A DNA stretch of 64,000 nucleotides from Sphyrna mokarran (GCA_024679065.1 JAGIQG010000012.1:87358001-87422000); one strand, 5' to 3'; positions 24,640-37,287 are shown, numbered from the stretch's first letter. Notes: generated by a model not told the origin, from the letters alone. A program made the numbers and translations.

Positions 24640-25935
24640 TTTTGAGCAACACAGCACAGGAAACAGGTCCTTCGGCCCAACGAGCCCACGCCGCCGTCAT
24701 AACTATATAGTAACAATTCCATTATTCTATTTCTAATTTTAGGTTATTCCTAATATGGAAGAGTCTCAATGTAGGGACAATTTGTTTCCCAATCAGCCTG
24801 AGAGCGAATTTTTGGGATGTGGGAGGAAACCGGAGCGCCCGGAGAAAACCCACGCAACCACGGGGAGAACGCGCAAACTCCCGCAGACACCGGCCCAATT
24901 CCAAGTGTCTGCACAGCTACAGCGATAGTCACTGAGCTGTCATGGTGCCCTTCAGATGGTCCAGATAAAGCACTCATTTACGACATGAAGAACCAGGCAA
25001 CCCATGAATCAACATCCAAGAGCTGTCCTCGCACCACCTGCCGAATGCATGCTCCTTGATGGTCAAGTATGGACCGAATTACCTGTGGAAAAAAAGCCAT
25101 AGTTAAACAGTCCTACTATATCCCTCTATCTGCATACCGCTCATGTGGCTGTCCAAGAGACCCTTAAACAGCCCCAGCGTGCCTGCTCCCACCACCTTAC
25201 TCGGCAGTGCATTCCACACCCCCACTACCCTTTGTGTGAAAAACTGCCCTCTAATATTAGTCTTATACATAGCCCCCCTCACCCTAAGGCCATGACCCCT
25301 CGTCCTATCCATTTCTGAAGGTGGAAAAAGTTTACCTCCATTTACTCTATCTATACCCCTTATAATCTTATACACCTCTATGAGATCCCCTCTAAGCCGA
25401 CGTCTTTCAAGGGAAAACAACCCCAGTCTATCTAATCGTTCCTCATAAGACAGTCCTTCCATACCAGGCAGCATCCTGGTAAACCTCCTCTGCACTCTCT
25501 CCAAGGACTCCACATCCTTCCGATAGTACGGCGACCAGAACTGGACGCAGTATTCCAAGTGAGGCCTAACCAAAGTTCTATACAACTGCAACATCAAACT
25601 CCTACTCTTGTATTCTATACCCTTTTCTATGAAAGCTAACATACTATACGCTTTCTTTATCACCTTCTCCACCTGTGAAGACACCTTCAGAGACTTGTGA
25701 ACCTGCACCCCCAAGTCTCTCTGCGTCTCTATACTCCGTATAGTTTTACCTTTTATCCTATAACTCTCTTCTACATTTTTCCGGCCAAAATGCATCACCT
25801 CGCATTTATCTGGATTAAATTCCATTTGCCATCTATCTGCCCAGTCTACCAACCTGTCTATGTCCTGTTGTATTGCCTGACACTGCTCGTCTGTACCTGC
25901 CAATCCAAGCATCTTAGTGTCATCAGCAAATTTGC
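24640..25935 (-). mobile_element. CR1 LINE fragment with a V-SINE central domain embedded in its 3' UTR
   Basis: ORF 25103-25963 (FADDTK..LEYCVQFWSP), then a V-domain (GGAGTTTGCGCGTTCTCCCCGTG..CCGGTTTCCTCCCACATCCCAAA), then the CR1 tail. Empty site at about 50995. Confidence 0.85.
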
Positions 25936-27369
25936 TGGTCTCACAACCTACCCCAACTTCCAAGTCTCTTACTGTTCTCCTTATCTAACTTGTCTAACGC
26001 CACATTCTGACTGTAAAGGGTTAAGGCCCAAGGCTGCTCACAGTGATATTTTTCAGCCTGACTCCATCAGCCTGGATTTATTCTTAATAATATTGAGTTC
26101 AGGGTGAAGCAGATTCCAGGTGTATTTGCTGTATAGAAACGTGTGTATTTTATGGACATTCAGCCCCATTAGACTGTTGCAGCATTGGATCCCATTGGAT
26201 CCTGATTGGCCGGTATCTGAATTCTATTCAACTTAAAGAATGGTTTGGGTTCCGATATAATTCCTAAAATCCATCAGTAATTTCTACAGAGGTTTCAGAT
26301 ACTTAGTGGGGCAGCCTTTGCCTCTCCATTTGGAGCCACTGTTCTGCTCAATCCCACCTTCAGCCCCACCTTTGAGGCCATTGTCATCAGTAAAATCCTC
26401 TCTCTCCCCATGGTTATTACCCTTGGGATGAACCCACCTCACTCCCTTCAATCCAAGGCTCACAGATAGCAACGGCTCCAACTGCTTTCACCAATCATTG
26501 GCATCATTGGATGGGCCACTCAGGCACCATCAGGCCCTGCTATCCCCTCCCAAAACCATTCGCTATTCCGGCATCATCCTGGAATTCAAAGGAAGCTCTT
26601 TCCATCTTTTCTCCATTCACAAACATCCCCTTACATCCCTCTCCTGTCAACCCACTGGCTCACATCAAAACTCTCTTGGGGTTCAGTTGGGGTCTGTAGT
26701 TTCTGTATGTCTCCCCTCGTCTCTCTCCCCTCCCGCTGGGGTGTGGGTCCTGCATTGCAGAGTATTATGAATGATCACAGCATCCCCAGCAGTGGCAATG
26801 CTCCTATAGTTTAGCTTTAAGTGGTACTAAATACTCTGGATGTCAGGCTCCAGCTGATGTGAGGAGCCAATGAACAGCGCAGTTAGAGCAGGCTGACCAC
26901 AGAAACCACGACAATGAGCAGCGAGAAAAAGTGTATGTTCTGCTTCCATCTTGGTGAATGGGTATGGGGTAAACACACACTGCTGTTCGAGCCGCAAGGC
27001 GGGGGGGGAGGTTTCGGGGAGCAGGCGTTTAAAAGTGGGGGGGCGCAGGGAGCGGGGTGGTGAAGGGCAGAGAGTTCCAATCAGTCCCCATGTTGTCAGT
27101 TTTCTCTCCTCTTTAACACTCTGCCCAGGATCGAGTTTCTGGTTATTTGTCCTCATGTCTCTTTCTTTGCTTTGATGAAAATGTAGTTTATTTTCTCTCC
27201 TGTTGACAATCCTTTGAGGATTTTCCTCATTTAAGAAGCTTGTTATTACCAAGAGACAGAGAATTTGATTCCAGTGATTTTCAATAAATGTTCCAACTAT
27301 CTACATTTCTGTAACTATTGTCTCTCTCACTGTGTGAATTCTTCATGTTAAACCAGCTTATTGTAGGGA

Positions 27370-27590
27370 GCTTCACACAACAAATGATAAACCTCACTTA
27401 TAACAGTTCCACCCAGGAAAGGGAGTAACCACTGGCTCATTGCTTTTCTCTTTATCTACGCTTTAAATTTATTCGCTGGTGAAGAAAAGGATATGAAACC
27501 AGCTGCAGTTGTTGGGACATTTTGTGTTTCAATGTGTTTACTGGACACACGATAAACGGTGTGGAGAAACAGGATTGTCACTCTGTCGAG
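27370..27590 (+). promoter_or_regulatory. Putative proximal promoter of gene B (duplicated at about 52380-52604)
   Basis: Lies directly upstream of the leader ATG. Contains short GATA (TGATAA), Ets-like (CAGGAA), RUNX-like (AACCAC) and E-box (CAGCTG) words; these short motifs could be chance matches. Confidence 0.3.
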
Positions 27591-27642
27591 ATGATCAGTA
27601 AAACTCTTTTTGTTCTAACTCTGTCTCTCTGTGTTTCTGGGG
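27591..27642 (+). CDS. Gene B leader (signal peptide) exon (MISKTLFVLTLSLCVSG)
   Basis: gagATG start, hydrophobic core, phase-1 donor G|GTAAGT matching the V exon acceptor at 30004. Confidence 0.85.
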
Positions 27643-28174
27643 GTAAGTACAAGTTATTGTTTGGTTTGGAGAAGTTTCACTTGTGATTAAAATATCTCTC
27701 CCTGGTTTATGCTGCTGTGTGTGTCAGCTCCTGTATTGTGTGTGGATTCCACAGTTAGAACATTCAGAACTGGATATGAGTCTTACAGGAGAATTTATCA
27801 TTGTATTGAGATAGTTTAGTGTATCTGACACAGAATTACACAGACTGGGAACACGGATCACAGAACTGAGTGTTCCACCATTCTTTCCAGTTTAATGGGA
27901 CCATGGGTTTGACTGACAGTCTGTACATTAATTGGGTGTATTTGTGGGCACTGTGAGGCAGCAGTGTTAAACACTGTGCCACCGTTCCACCCCACCACTA
28001 GCAACACTACCCCACCTCCTGTTTCTTATTTTCCTGAACTTCCGCAATGTTGACCATCCTTGAATACTCACTCACCATTCTTGGTCACCCAGCTGCCGTG
28101 TCTCCGTAATGCCGATCATAACGTTCCTTAGTTTATCAAAGCTTTTGTGTTCCCCATGTATATTTTCCTTTCCT

Positions 28175-28470
28175 GGCACAGTGGTTAGCACTGCTGCCTC
28201 ACAGTGTCAGGGACGCAGGTTCAACTCCAAACGTCATAGTTTGTGTTGAGTTTTCACATTCTCCCCATGTCTGTGTGGGTTTACTCCAGGTGCTCTGGTT
28301 TTCTCCCACAGACCAAAGATGTGCGGGTTAGATGGATTGGCCGTGGGAAATTGCCCCTTAGTCTCAGGACGATCAGCAGGGCAAATATGTTGGGTAACAG
28401 GGATAGGGCCTGGATAAGATGCTCTTTTGCAGAGTCAGTGCAGTGTCAATGGGCCAAATGGCCTCTTTCT
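28175..28470 (+). mobile_element. HE1-type V-SINE (tRNA-derived head and V domain)
   Basis: GGCACAGTGGTTAGCACTGCTGCCTCACAG head, GGTTCAA B-box-like word, V domain, CR1-like tail. Confidence 0.8.
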
Positions 28471-29204
28471 CACAAAGGCAGCCTTTCCTCAGTTTCAAAG
28501 CTTTGTTTGTGAGTGATCTTTCTCTGTCTGAAACTTAATGTCAAACTCTCCCATGTTACAATCACTGTTTGCTAAATATTCCCTTCCAGTCAGATTCTGA
28601 ATTAAACCTGTCTGATTATTCATTACTAAATCCACACAATCCCCACCCAGACTGACTGGGGACTGGGGGCACAAACAAGCAACAGGGGCTGAAGCTGGAG
28701 GCCCTTGGGGAAGGAGCCTGACAGATAGTGGGACAAACCCTGAGGCTGGATTGCAGGGCTGAGAGGTCAGTGTGAGGCCTCTTCACAGCTCTGAATAAGA
28801 AAAGGACTTTTCCCAGAGCACACACTGAGTGTGTTGGAGAATTTGGATCAGAGTGGGAATTCGCTGCAGAGGGAGAGAGAAACTTTATCCTTCTAACCCT
28901 GCCCTAACCCCGTCTTTAGGAGGATTACAAACTTCTTCAATGCCAGTGGGATTCTAACTTTTTCCCTCCTGCTGTATTCTCTGCTCCCGACGTCACTAAA
29001 CTCTCTACAGGCGGGATAGGAGAATTCCACCCAAAATCTGGGATGTGTAGCTTTGTCTGAGAGAGCTGTTCCACAGTGTGAGGACAACATTGTATTCCAC
29101 TGTTATATCAACACATCTGTATTGCTGAGGACAGCACAGTGTAACCCCCAGGATATAGAGCAGGAACAAACTAACACAGCAAGATCAACCTTAGAACCTG
29201 TGCC

Positions 29205-29845
29205 CCCGCCCCTCTGCAAGAAAGGATGTCCCGAAGCATGGTATATTGGGGAGACCATGCAGACACTACAACAGTGGATGAATGAGCATCGCTCAACAAT
29301 CACCAGGCAAAACAGTTCCCTTCCTGTGGACGAACACTTCAGTGGTCACGGGCATTCGGCCTCTGACCTTCGGATAAACGTTCTTCAAGGGGGCCTCCAC
29401 GACACACGACATCGCAAAGTCGCTGAGCAGAGACTGAAAGCCAAGTTCCACACACATGAGGACGGTCTTAACAGGGATCTTGGCTTCATGTCACACTATT
29501 TGTAAACCCCATGACTTGCCTGGGTTAGCAAAAAACCTCACTTTCTGTGCTGTCTGGAGATAATACACATCTCTCTAACCTCAGTACTCAGTGTTCCTTT
29601 GTTAGCCACTTTAAGACGTGAATAGCAGGTTAGGTGTAAGGATTCGCATCCTAATCAGCAATCTGTAAACTGTCTGTGCTGATACTTGTGATTTTGGAGA
29701 CCAGAACACCTCATTCACCTGACGAAGACACAAACGCCGAAAGCTAGCAGATTCAGTATCAAATAAATCGGGTGGATTTAAAATTGATGTTGCCAAACCT
29801 CTTACTGAGTTTACCCCAGTCCAACGCCGGCATCTCTACATCATG
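29205..29845 (+). mobile_element. Penelope-like GIY-YIG 3' fragment with pLTR, in the leader-V intron
   Basis: CKKGCPEAWYIGET..GLNRDLGFMSHY peptide; CTGACGA..GAAAGCT at 29719-29745. Confidence 0.88.
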
Positions 29846-30003
29846 ACAGGCACACCCCCCCCCCCCCCCCCCCCCCCTCCCAACACAGAAACTCTACTCC
29901 CTGGACTGTCCCTTTAAATACTCATGGGAATTTGAAACCTTCAACTCAGAATTTAACTCACTGATTTCTGTCACTCACTGATTTGCTTCTCCTCTGTTTA
30001 AAG

Positions 30004-30707
30004 ATGTGAAGCTTCTAGATGTTATCCAGTCTCCGAATGTGGAACGTGTCACAGAGGGTCAGACTGCACGGTTACAGTGCACCCTGAGGAACGCCGCAGT
30101 GACACACACTGATGTTCACTGGTACCAGGAGCTACCTGGGAAAGATAGGGAGACAGTTTTAGTAGATGAACCACCGAACATCATAACCCGGGGTTCAGGT
30201 TTCACTGAGCGATTCCAGCCTTCCAGAGACACCTCCAATAACAGCTTCATTCTGACAATCTCCATGGTGCAGCCCAGTGACACTGCCGTCTATTAGAACA
30301 TAGAACATAGAACATTACAGCACAGAACAGGCCCTTCGGCCTTCGATGTTGTGCCGACCAATATAAAAAGCAATGCCCTCCAAACTAAACCATTCCCTTC
30401 TCTTCCATATACTTATCAACTAACCTCTTAAACGCCACCAAACTTGGCGCATCTACAACTGCTGCAGGCAGGGCATTCCACTCCCGAACCACCCTTTGGG
30501 TAAAGAACCTACCTCTGATATCCGTCCTATAACTATCACCCCTTAATTTAAAGCTGTGTCCCCTCGTGCTAGCTTTCTCCATCCTAGGAAAAAGGCTATC
30601 ACTGTCCCCCCTATCTAAACCTCTAATCATCTTATATGTTTCGATTAGGTATTACTGCTCAGTGTGGGGAGATATCAGTGGCAAGGGGACACAGCTGAAT
30701 GTAACCA
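30004..30707 (+). pseudogene. Gene B germline-joined V-J Ig domain exon, interrupted by a CR1 insertion (30296-30649)
   Basis: DVKLLDVIQSP..LQC..VHWYQ..RFQPSRDTSNNSFILTI..QPSDTAVY[insert]YCSVWGDISGKGTQLNVT|GTAAGT. All V-set hallmarks and the J-like GxGT motif are in one exon. The insertion creates an in-frame TAG at 30294-30296. Confidence 0.92.
30296..30649 (-). mobile_element. Young CR1 3' fragment inserted in the V exon, 5-bp TSD TATTA
   Basis: TATTA at 30291-30295 and 30650-30654. Near-identical to the 3' ends of the CR1s at 8654 and 48070. Confidence 0.95.
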
Positions 30708-33369
30708 GTAAGTCCAGTTTACAGAAATATCTGCCTGAAGGAATCACCACTTGTAACTGTGTGGGAAGTGAGTGTGTGAGAAATATCACAAACCCCTGGG
30801 TTAAAGGGAACACGTTAGAAAAATAGACTGGGTGATCTCATGCACTTTTCTCAAAGAATAAAAATTGTGCATCGCTCCTGATTTCTCAGTCTTCAATTCT
30901 TTGACATTTTCTCTGTTTCTCTGTTTCTGTTTGTTTCTAATCTTTCTCCCTCTCCTTTGTTTACTCAGCTTTTTGTCAGAGTGCTGTCTCCAGCTGTTTC
31001 TGTTTTATATTCATTCTTGGTGGGTGTTACTGGTTAGGGTCCATCCCTAGTTACCCTTCAGAAGGTGGTGGTGAAACAGCCTCTTGATCTGTTACAGCCC
31101 ATGTGGTGTAGGTACATCCACAGTGCAGTCAGGATTGGAAATTCCAGGATTCTGACCCAGAGACAGTAAAGGAACGGTGATATATTTCCAAGTCAGGATT
31201 GTGAGTGACTCGGAGAGAAGCCTCCAGGTGGTGATGTTCCCCATGTGCCTCCTGCCCTTGTCCTTTTAGAGTCAAACTCATCAAGTTGTAGAGTCACAGA
31301 GCGCAGAAATGGTAGAGGTTATGAGTTTAGAAGGTTCTGTTAAAGGAGCCTTGGTGAGTTCCTGCAGTGTATCTTGTAGATGGTACACACGCCTGTCACT
31401 GTGTGTCCATGGTGGTGGGAAAGAATGTTTAATGTGATGGGTGGTGTCCCAGTCAAGCACTTTGGATTTGTTCTGGATGGTGTCAAGCTTCTTAAGTGTT
31501 ATTGGAGCTGCACTCATCCAGGCAAGTGGAGATTATTCCATTACATTCCTGAGTTGTGCCTTGTAGGTGGTGGACAGGCTTTGGGGAGTCAGGAGGTGAG
31601 TTACCCTCTGCAGTTTCCCAGTCTCTGACCTGCTCTTGTAACCATAGTTTTTACAGGGCTGGTCCAGTTCAGTTTCTGGTCAATGGTAACCCCCAGGATG
31701 TTGACAGTGGGGGATTCAGTGATGGAAATGCCATTGAATGTCAAGGGGTGATGGTTAGATCCTCTGTTGTTAGAAATGTTCATTGCCTGGCACTTCTGTG
31801 GGGAAATGTTATCTTCTACATCCCAGCCCAAGTCTGAATGTTGTCCAGGTTTTGCTGTGTGCAGGAACAGGCTTCTTCAGTAATGGAGGAGTAATGAATG
31901 GTCCAATCATTAATGAACATTCCCACTCCTGACCTTATGATGGAGGGAAGGTCATTGATGAAGCAGCTGAAGATGGTTGGGCCGAGGACACTTCCCTGAG
32001 GAAATCCTGCAGTGATGTCCTGGAGCTGAGATGATTGACCTCCAATCATCTTCCTTTGTGCTGGATATGACTGCGGAAGGAGAGGAAAAGGTGAGGAAAG
32101 CAGTGAATATGATGGGATTCAGGGAATTAGGGGTTCCTTGGAATATGATGTACAATATGAGAAATGAGCAGGGAAGCACTGGAGGCTGTGATCAGGGAGG
32201 AGGAATGGGTGAGGTTTTGAGCTTGGCACACTGCTGGGTATCAGGAATAAGGAGAGTCTTAGGGATGAGGAGCAAACATTAGCCGAGACAACAACGTCCA
32301 CATCCTGGGAAAGAGAATGCTCGAGGCTGGAAGGAGCACAAACAAATTGTCTCTTTAGAGTTGGGAGCCATGTGTCAGGCCATTTCATCTCCAGAAACAA
32401 CTGTCTGACTATCTGTTCAATATGCTACTGTTGATGGCATTATCAGATGTGCTTATTATGAATGCTTGGCTGAGTTCCAAACTAACAATGGAGCTAGTCA
32501 ATTTGATTGAATTTACATGGTTTGAAGCAAAGTGCTCCTATTTATGACAGGCATTTCGGAAGTTTCAGGAAGTTTCTTTTTTATGGTTTTTCAATGCCTG
32601 TTTGTATATTTGAACACAGTTAAGAGATGTTAATAGGAATAAAACTTTACTCATTGGTATTTATTTGACACTTTTCTGAGGTTGTAAGATGAATAGCTTT
32701 TTTTTTCTGAAGCAGAATTTCAAAGCCTCTTCGCTCATTGTGTAAGTTTCAGAAACATTTCAATGAATTCTCAGACGTGCTTGTAGCACATTGCTTCTCT
32801 GTGTGTAGAATACTGGGAGAGTGGGTGTGGAGCATGGATGGGACAATGGAAGGGACATGGAGTTGCAGAAAGCATGAGGATCTGGAGGGATACGATGGGG
32901 CATGGAGGAGGCTTGAGGGTGTAAAGAAGAGTGGGATCTTGGAATGAATTTCCACAGATTTCTGAAGGGGACAGGATTGGTCGATAATGGAGGGATAAGT
33001 TCCGGATCCCTGTGTCTCTTTTTATCAATTCACAACAATCCCAGAAGGGGAAAATCTAGGCCAGATTGATAGAATGGGATAAAGAAGAGGATTAGCAGCA
33101 GTAAATCAGCCTGTGTGTGGACACACTGTAATTATTATACAGGAAATTTTAAACTTTATACCTTTACTTTCATCTTTCATTCATCTTTTTAAACAATAAT
33201 TTGAGTTCTTCCAATAATCAGCTGTGAAGATTGTGAACTTTATCCATTCAATAGTTTGTTTTCTGTGGGTGTGAATGTGCACTGAATGGATAATATCTGC
33301 AAATTCCAGAACATTCAGCAGATTCTCTTTTGTCCCCTCATTCCCTCCCTCGTTGCAAATAATAATTTC

Positions 33370-33830
33370 CATGTACCTGGGCTGTGTTCTCATGTGAGAT
33401 GATGGCATCTGTGTCAATGATCCGACACGTCTTGTAGAGGTTACTGTGACAGGGATGTGTTGTGTCGTGGTCACCGTTCTCCTGAAGGCTGGCTAGTTTG
33501 CTATGGACAGTCGCCTGTTTGAAGTTACGCAGTTGTTTGAAGGCAAGAAGTGGTGCTTGCAAAGTATCTCTCATTGTCCTTGCTGGAGATAATACATGTC
33601 TCTTTAACGTGTGCTTAACCCTCTCTCCACTCACATTATCTGTACCTGTAATACTTGATTACCTGTAAACATTCACATTCCAAACATTCTTTTGAAAATT
33701 GACTGGTGTCTTTATATGCTTTGTTTGTGAAAAACTCCCACTTATCTGATGAAGGAGCAGCATTCCAAAAACTAGGAGCTTGTGCTACTAAATAAACCTG
33801 TTGGACTCTAACCTGGTTTTGTGAGGCTTC
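33370..33830. mobile_element. Penelope remnant with internal inversion, apparently orthologous to the one at about 910-1130
   Basis: Same inversion junction (GAAGGCAAGAA..GCTTGyAAA) and the same downstream old LINE flank. Confidence 0.7.
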
Positions 33831-35396
33831 TTGCTGAATCTGTCTCCACCACATTCTGAGATAGTACATTCCAGATACTCATCACTCACTGTGTGAAAAG
33901 GGTTTTTCTTAATTTTGCATTGGTAAATTACTTTATTTTGATTCCGTGTAGTTCTCGGTCCTTTCACAATGTGAGCAGTTTCTCACGATCTACTCTGTCA
34001 GACCGTCAATGGTTTTGAAGATGAGTTAAATCCCCTCTCCGCTTTCTGTCCCCCATAGAAATCAGTCCTAATTTCTACAATACATCTCCAAAGCCCAGGA
34101 GACTGTGTGCTTTATTAACTGCTCTCTCCACCTGTTCTATCAGCTTCAATGAATTATACATACACACACTCAGCTGCCTCTGTTTCTGCATCCCCTTTCA
34201 ATTTGTAATCCCGTATTTACATTGTTTCTTGATGTTCTTCCCAACGACATGTATCTCCTCACATTTCTCCACGTTGAACTTTATCTGCTACCTGTTTGCC
34301 TGCCTCACCGTACGACCATCAGACCATAAGATAGAGGAGTAGAAATAATCCATTTGGCCCATCGAGTCTGCTCTGCCATTCAATCATGGCTGACAGGATT
34401 TTTATCCCCATTCTCCTGCCTTCTCCCCATAACCCCAGATCTCATTATTGATCAAAAACCTATCTATTTCTGTCTTAAAGACACTCAATGACCTGGCCTC
34501 CTCAGCCCTGTGTGAATATGAGTTTCACAGATTCACCACTCTCCGGCTGAAGAAATTCCTTCTCATCTCAGTTTTAAAGGAGTGTTCCTTCACTCTGAGG
34601 TTGTGCCCTCGGGTTTCAGTCTCTCCCACCAGTAGAAACATCCTCACCATGTCCACTCTATCTGGGCCTTTTTTTCATTACATCGACCTTCAGATAACAT
34701 CAGCGTCCTTTTGTTATATTTTAGACAGACAATGTAGGTTCCAAATCAATACTAACTTCAGCACATCGTTGATAGAAGAAATGAACCAAACTTCAAGTTA
34801 AATTCATGGGGTTGAAATTGTAGAAGTGCGTCTGCCAACTCCAGTTAAACACCGTATCTCTGTCACCGTATCTCTGAATTCCTCGACAGAGCAAAATCTC
34901 TCTATTCCAGCCTTAAATGTATTTAACAATGGAGCATCCACACCCCTCTGGGTGCAGCACTGGAGAGATGGTTGCTGAGTTAGTGAGATTTGGTGAGTGT
35001 GGACAGGCAGGGGAAGGAGATCATTCCTCATCCTCCCAACTTCACACAAACAAGCGTTTGGAAGTTCTGGGATTTTTTTGAATGTTCCTCTGTGATTCTT
35101 TGGGATTGGTGCAAACTGCCAATGGATCACGGCTCTCTGCCCTGCTGTACGATTGATCTTTGGGCTCATTTCAGATCCATAAAAAAAGGTAACAATGTTA
35201 GAGGAAGAAGCCATTATGTGGCACTGGCCTTTCATTCCAGGCTGTTAACTTGCCTTGTATGAAAGGGATAATTTTACCCGAATGTGCTGAGCAGAAACTG
35301 ATGGGAACAGGTTCTGTCTGATTTTATTTCCATTCCGGTTGTTCTACATTACTCAGACTGAAACTGTAGTGTGTCTAACATTCTGATATTTTACAG

Positions 35397-35547
35397 AAGA
35401 ATCATCTTACAATAATCCTTGGACTTCAGATCCTATTGTGTTAAGCCTGGCTATCATTCTGTTCTTGGTTGTCTTCTTCTGCGTTGTTCTGCTCATAAGT
35501 TATCTTGTGATAAAAAGGTTCTGCTCATCAAGGAACTCCACACCAAG
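35397..35547 (+). CDS. Gene B stalk/transmembrane exon (KESSYNNPWTSDPIVLSLAIILFLVVFFCVVLLISYLVIKRFCSSRNSTPR)
   Basis: Paralog of 5165-5315 with the same splice sites; no charged residue in the TM segment. Confidence 0.85.
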
Positions 35548-36271
35548 GTAAATATGATTCATCTTGTGTCTGTTACTGTAACTGGACAGGGGCACTATTT
35601 TATAACTTGCTGCTTTTAGTGAGGAGTAACTTTTCCCTTGTAGCGTACAGTTCACGTGGAGTGACCTGCTACTGATGAGAGCCACACATGTCCAGATACT
35701 CAACTGGTGCCAGTCATCTCCCACTGTCACAGCATCACACTTACTCCAGCACTGACCAACAGGCACCTAACTGCTGCTGAGAGTCAGGAAGGATTTAACA
35801 GTTAAAGTACAAAACATCACCCTCAGGATATAAGTGCTGGATAATTCCCCACCTAGCCCACCTAATGAACTCGATCAGAGCGCTGGTTTCATGCCTGTGT
35901 CTCGCTAGCTGCACACTCCCTCATGATGCTCAGGCCAAGTGAGAACATTCGAATGGACACTCTGTGTAAGCAGCCTACTTCACCATTACCCTCCCCACAA
36001 GGAAACAATCCAATCATATTTACCCATCCTGATCAAGCTTCACAACATGCCTTCTGATTTTGGTCAATTTCTTTGTGTTATTGTTAGAGCAAGTTCTGTT
36101 TATTTAGGAAATGATTCAGTTGATCTTGTTCATCCGTGGAATCTTCCATAAAAAACTCATATGGGAAATCCATATTGAAAAGTCTAAACTGCATCTCCAC
36201 CCAGAGTGTGAATATTACAGCGCTGTTCTGTGGTAAAGCTGCAATGAAGCTAATATGTGGCATTTCTTTAG

Positions 36272-36315
36272 GGTTCCTGATGGAGACCAGAACCCTGTCT
36301 ACACAACAATGGATA
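36272..36315 (+). CDS. Gene B cytoplasmic exon 1 (VPDGDQNPVYTTMD)
   Basis: Paralog of 6040-6083; AG/GTAAGT boundaries; YxxM motif. Confidence 0.8.
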
Positions 36316-37243
36316 GTAAGTAAACTAATTCAATCATTATTGCAAAGTTTGGCAGGAATTATTCTCAATCCCAGATGTCCCTTTGATGCTGATGGATTTG
36401 TGATGTAATTAACTTGCTAATAATTTGCCCAATTCATTGTCTGATTGACAGAATTTACTGTTAAAGGTTGTAAATCTACATCCTACAGAATGAAGATGGT
36501 GGGAGGCTGCCCCCAGCCTTGTAGCTGCACTGTGAAACACCCCCTCAGTGTGGCAATGCTGCAGCCAGTGGCTCCAAAGAGATAGAAACTTCCAGAAAGG
36601 AACAGCCTCCTCTGTGTCACCAGCATGTAGTGATCATGCCTTTGTAGATCGAGCACATTGTCCGTTCACAGAGAGATTCCTTGGGATAGAGAAGGTTCAG
36701 ATCTGACCCAGTAAAGAGTTTAAAGATGGTGAGATTTTGATAGAGAGAAAATCTATTCCCTCTGGTGAACGGATCAGTAACCAGTGATCATCGATTTCCA
36801 ATCACTGGGTAAAGATCTAGAGAGCAGATGGGGAGAAATGAGAGTTGTCGGGATGTGGAATACTCGAGCTGGGAATGTGGTGGAAGCTGATTCCAGAAAT
36901 AATTGGAAAAGACAATTGGCCAAGTGCAGGAGGATAAGGAATTTCCAGGATTGTGAATAAAAAGCAGGAATGTGGGATTAAGGACAATGACTCTATTAAT
37001 GGCCTCGTACAGGCTGAATGGGGCAAATGGCCTCCTCCTGTTGTGTGAGATTCTAATTTGGATGATGAGTTTTTGAAGACAGTGCAGCTGATGGAGAATA
37101 ATCCCCACCTCTCCCATTAGCTTCACTCTGAGAAAACTGCCCAAGGTGACACTGGGATTTTTCAATCCCTCTCATTCCAAGTTTAAAAAGCTCCATCTTT
37201 CCGTGGATCTATTCGGAAGTAACATCGTTATGTTTCCTTTTAG

Positions 37244-37287
37244 GTGAAACCCAGCGCAGCAAACAAGGAGCAGCTTCTTCTGCCTTG
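37244..37287 (+). CDS. Gene B cytoplasmic exon 2 (SETQRSKQGAASSAL)
   Basis: Paralog of 7012-7055; AG/GTAAGG boundaries, phase 1 to 0. Confidence 0.78.

Larger units (their letters stand above)
24125..28035 (+). repeat. Segmental duplication block 3, including promoter and leader (copy at about 50500-53050)
   Basis: Direct comparison; leader ATGs are 25014 bp apart. The first copy carries an extra LINE at about 24635-25985. Confidence 0.92.

Noticed and set aside
29068-29105. CACAGTG heptamer in the leader-V intron as a possible RSS
   Set aside because: No ACAAAAACC-like nonamer at 12 or 23 bp, and it is not adjacent to a coding segment. V and J are already joined.
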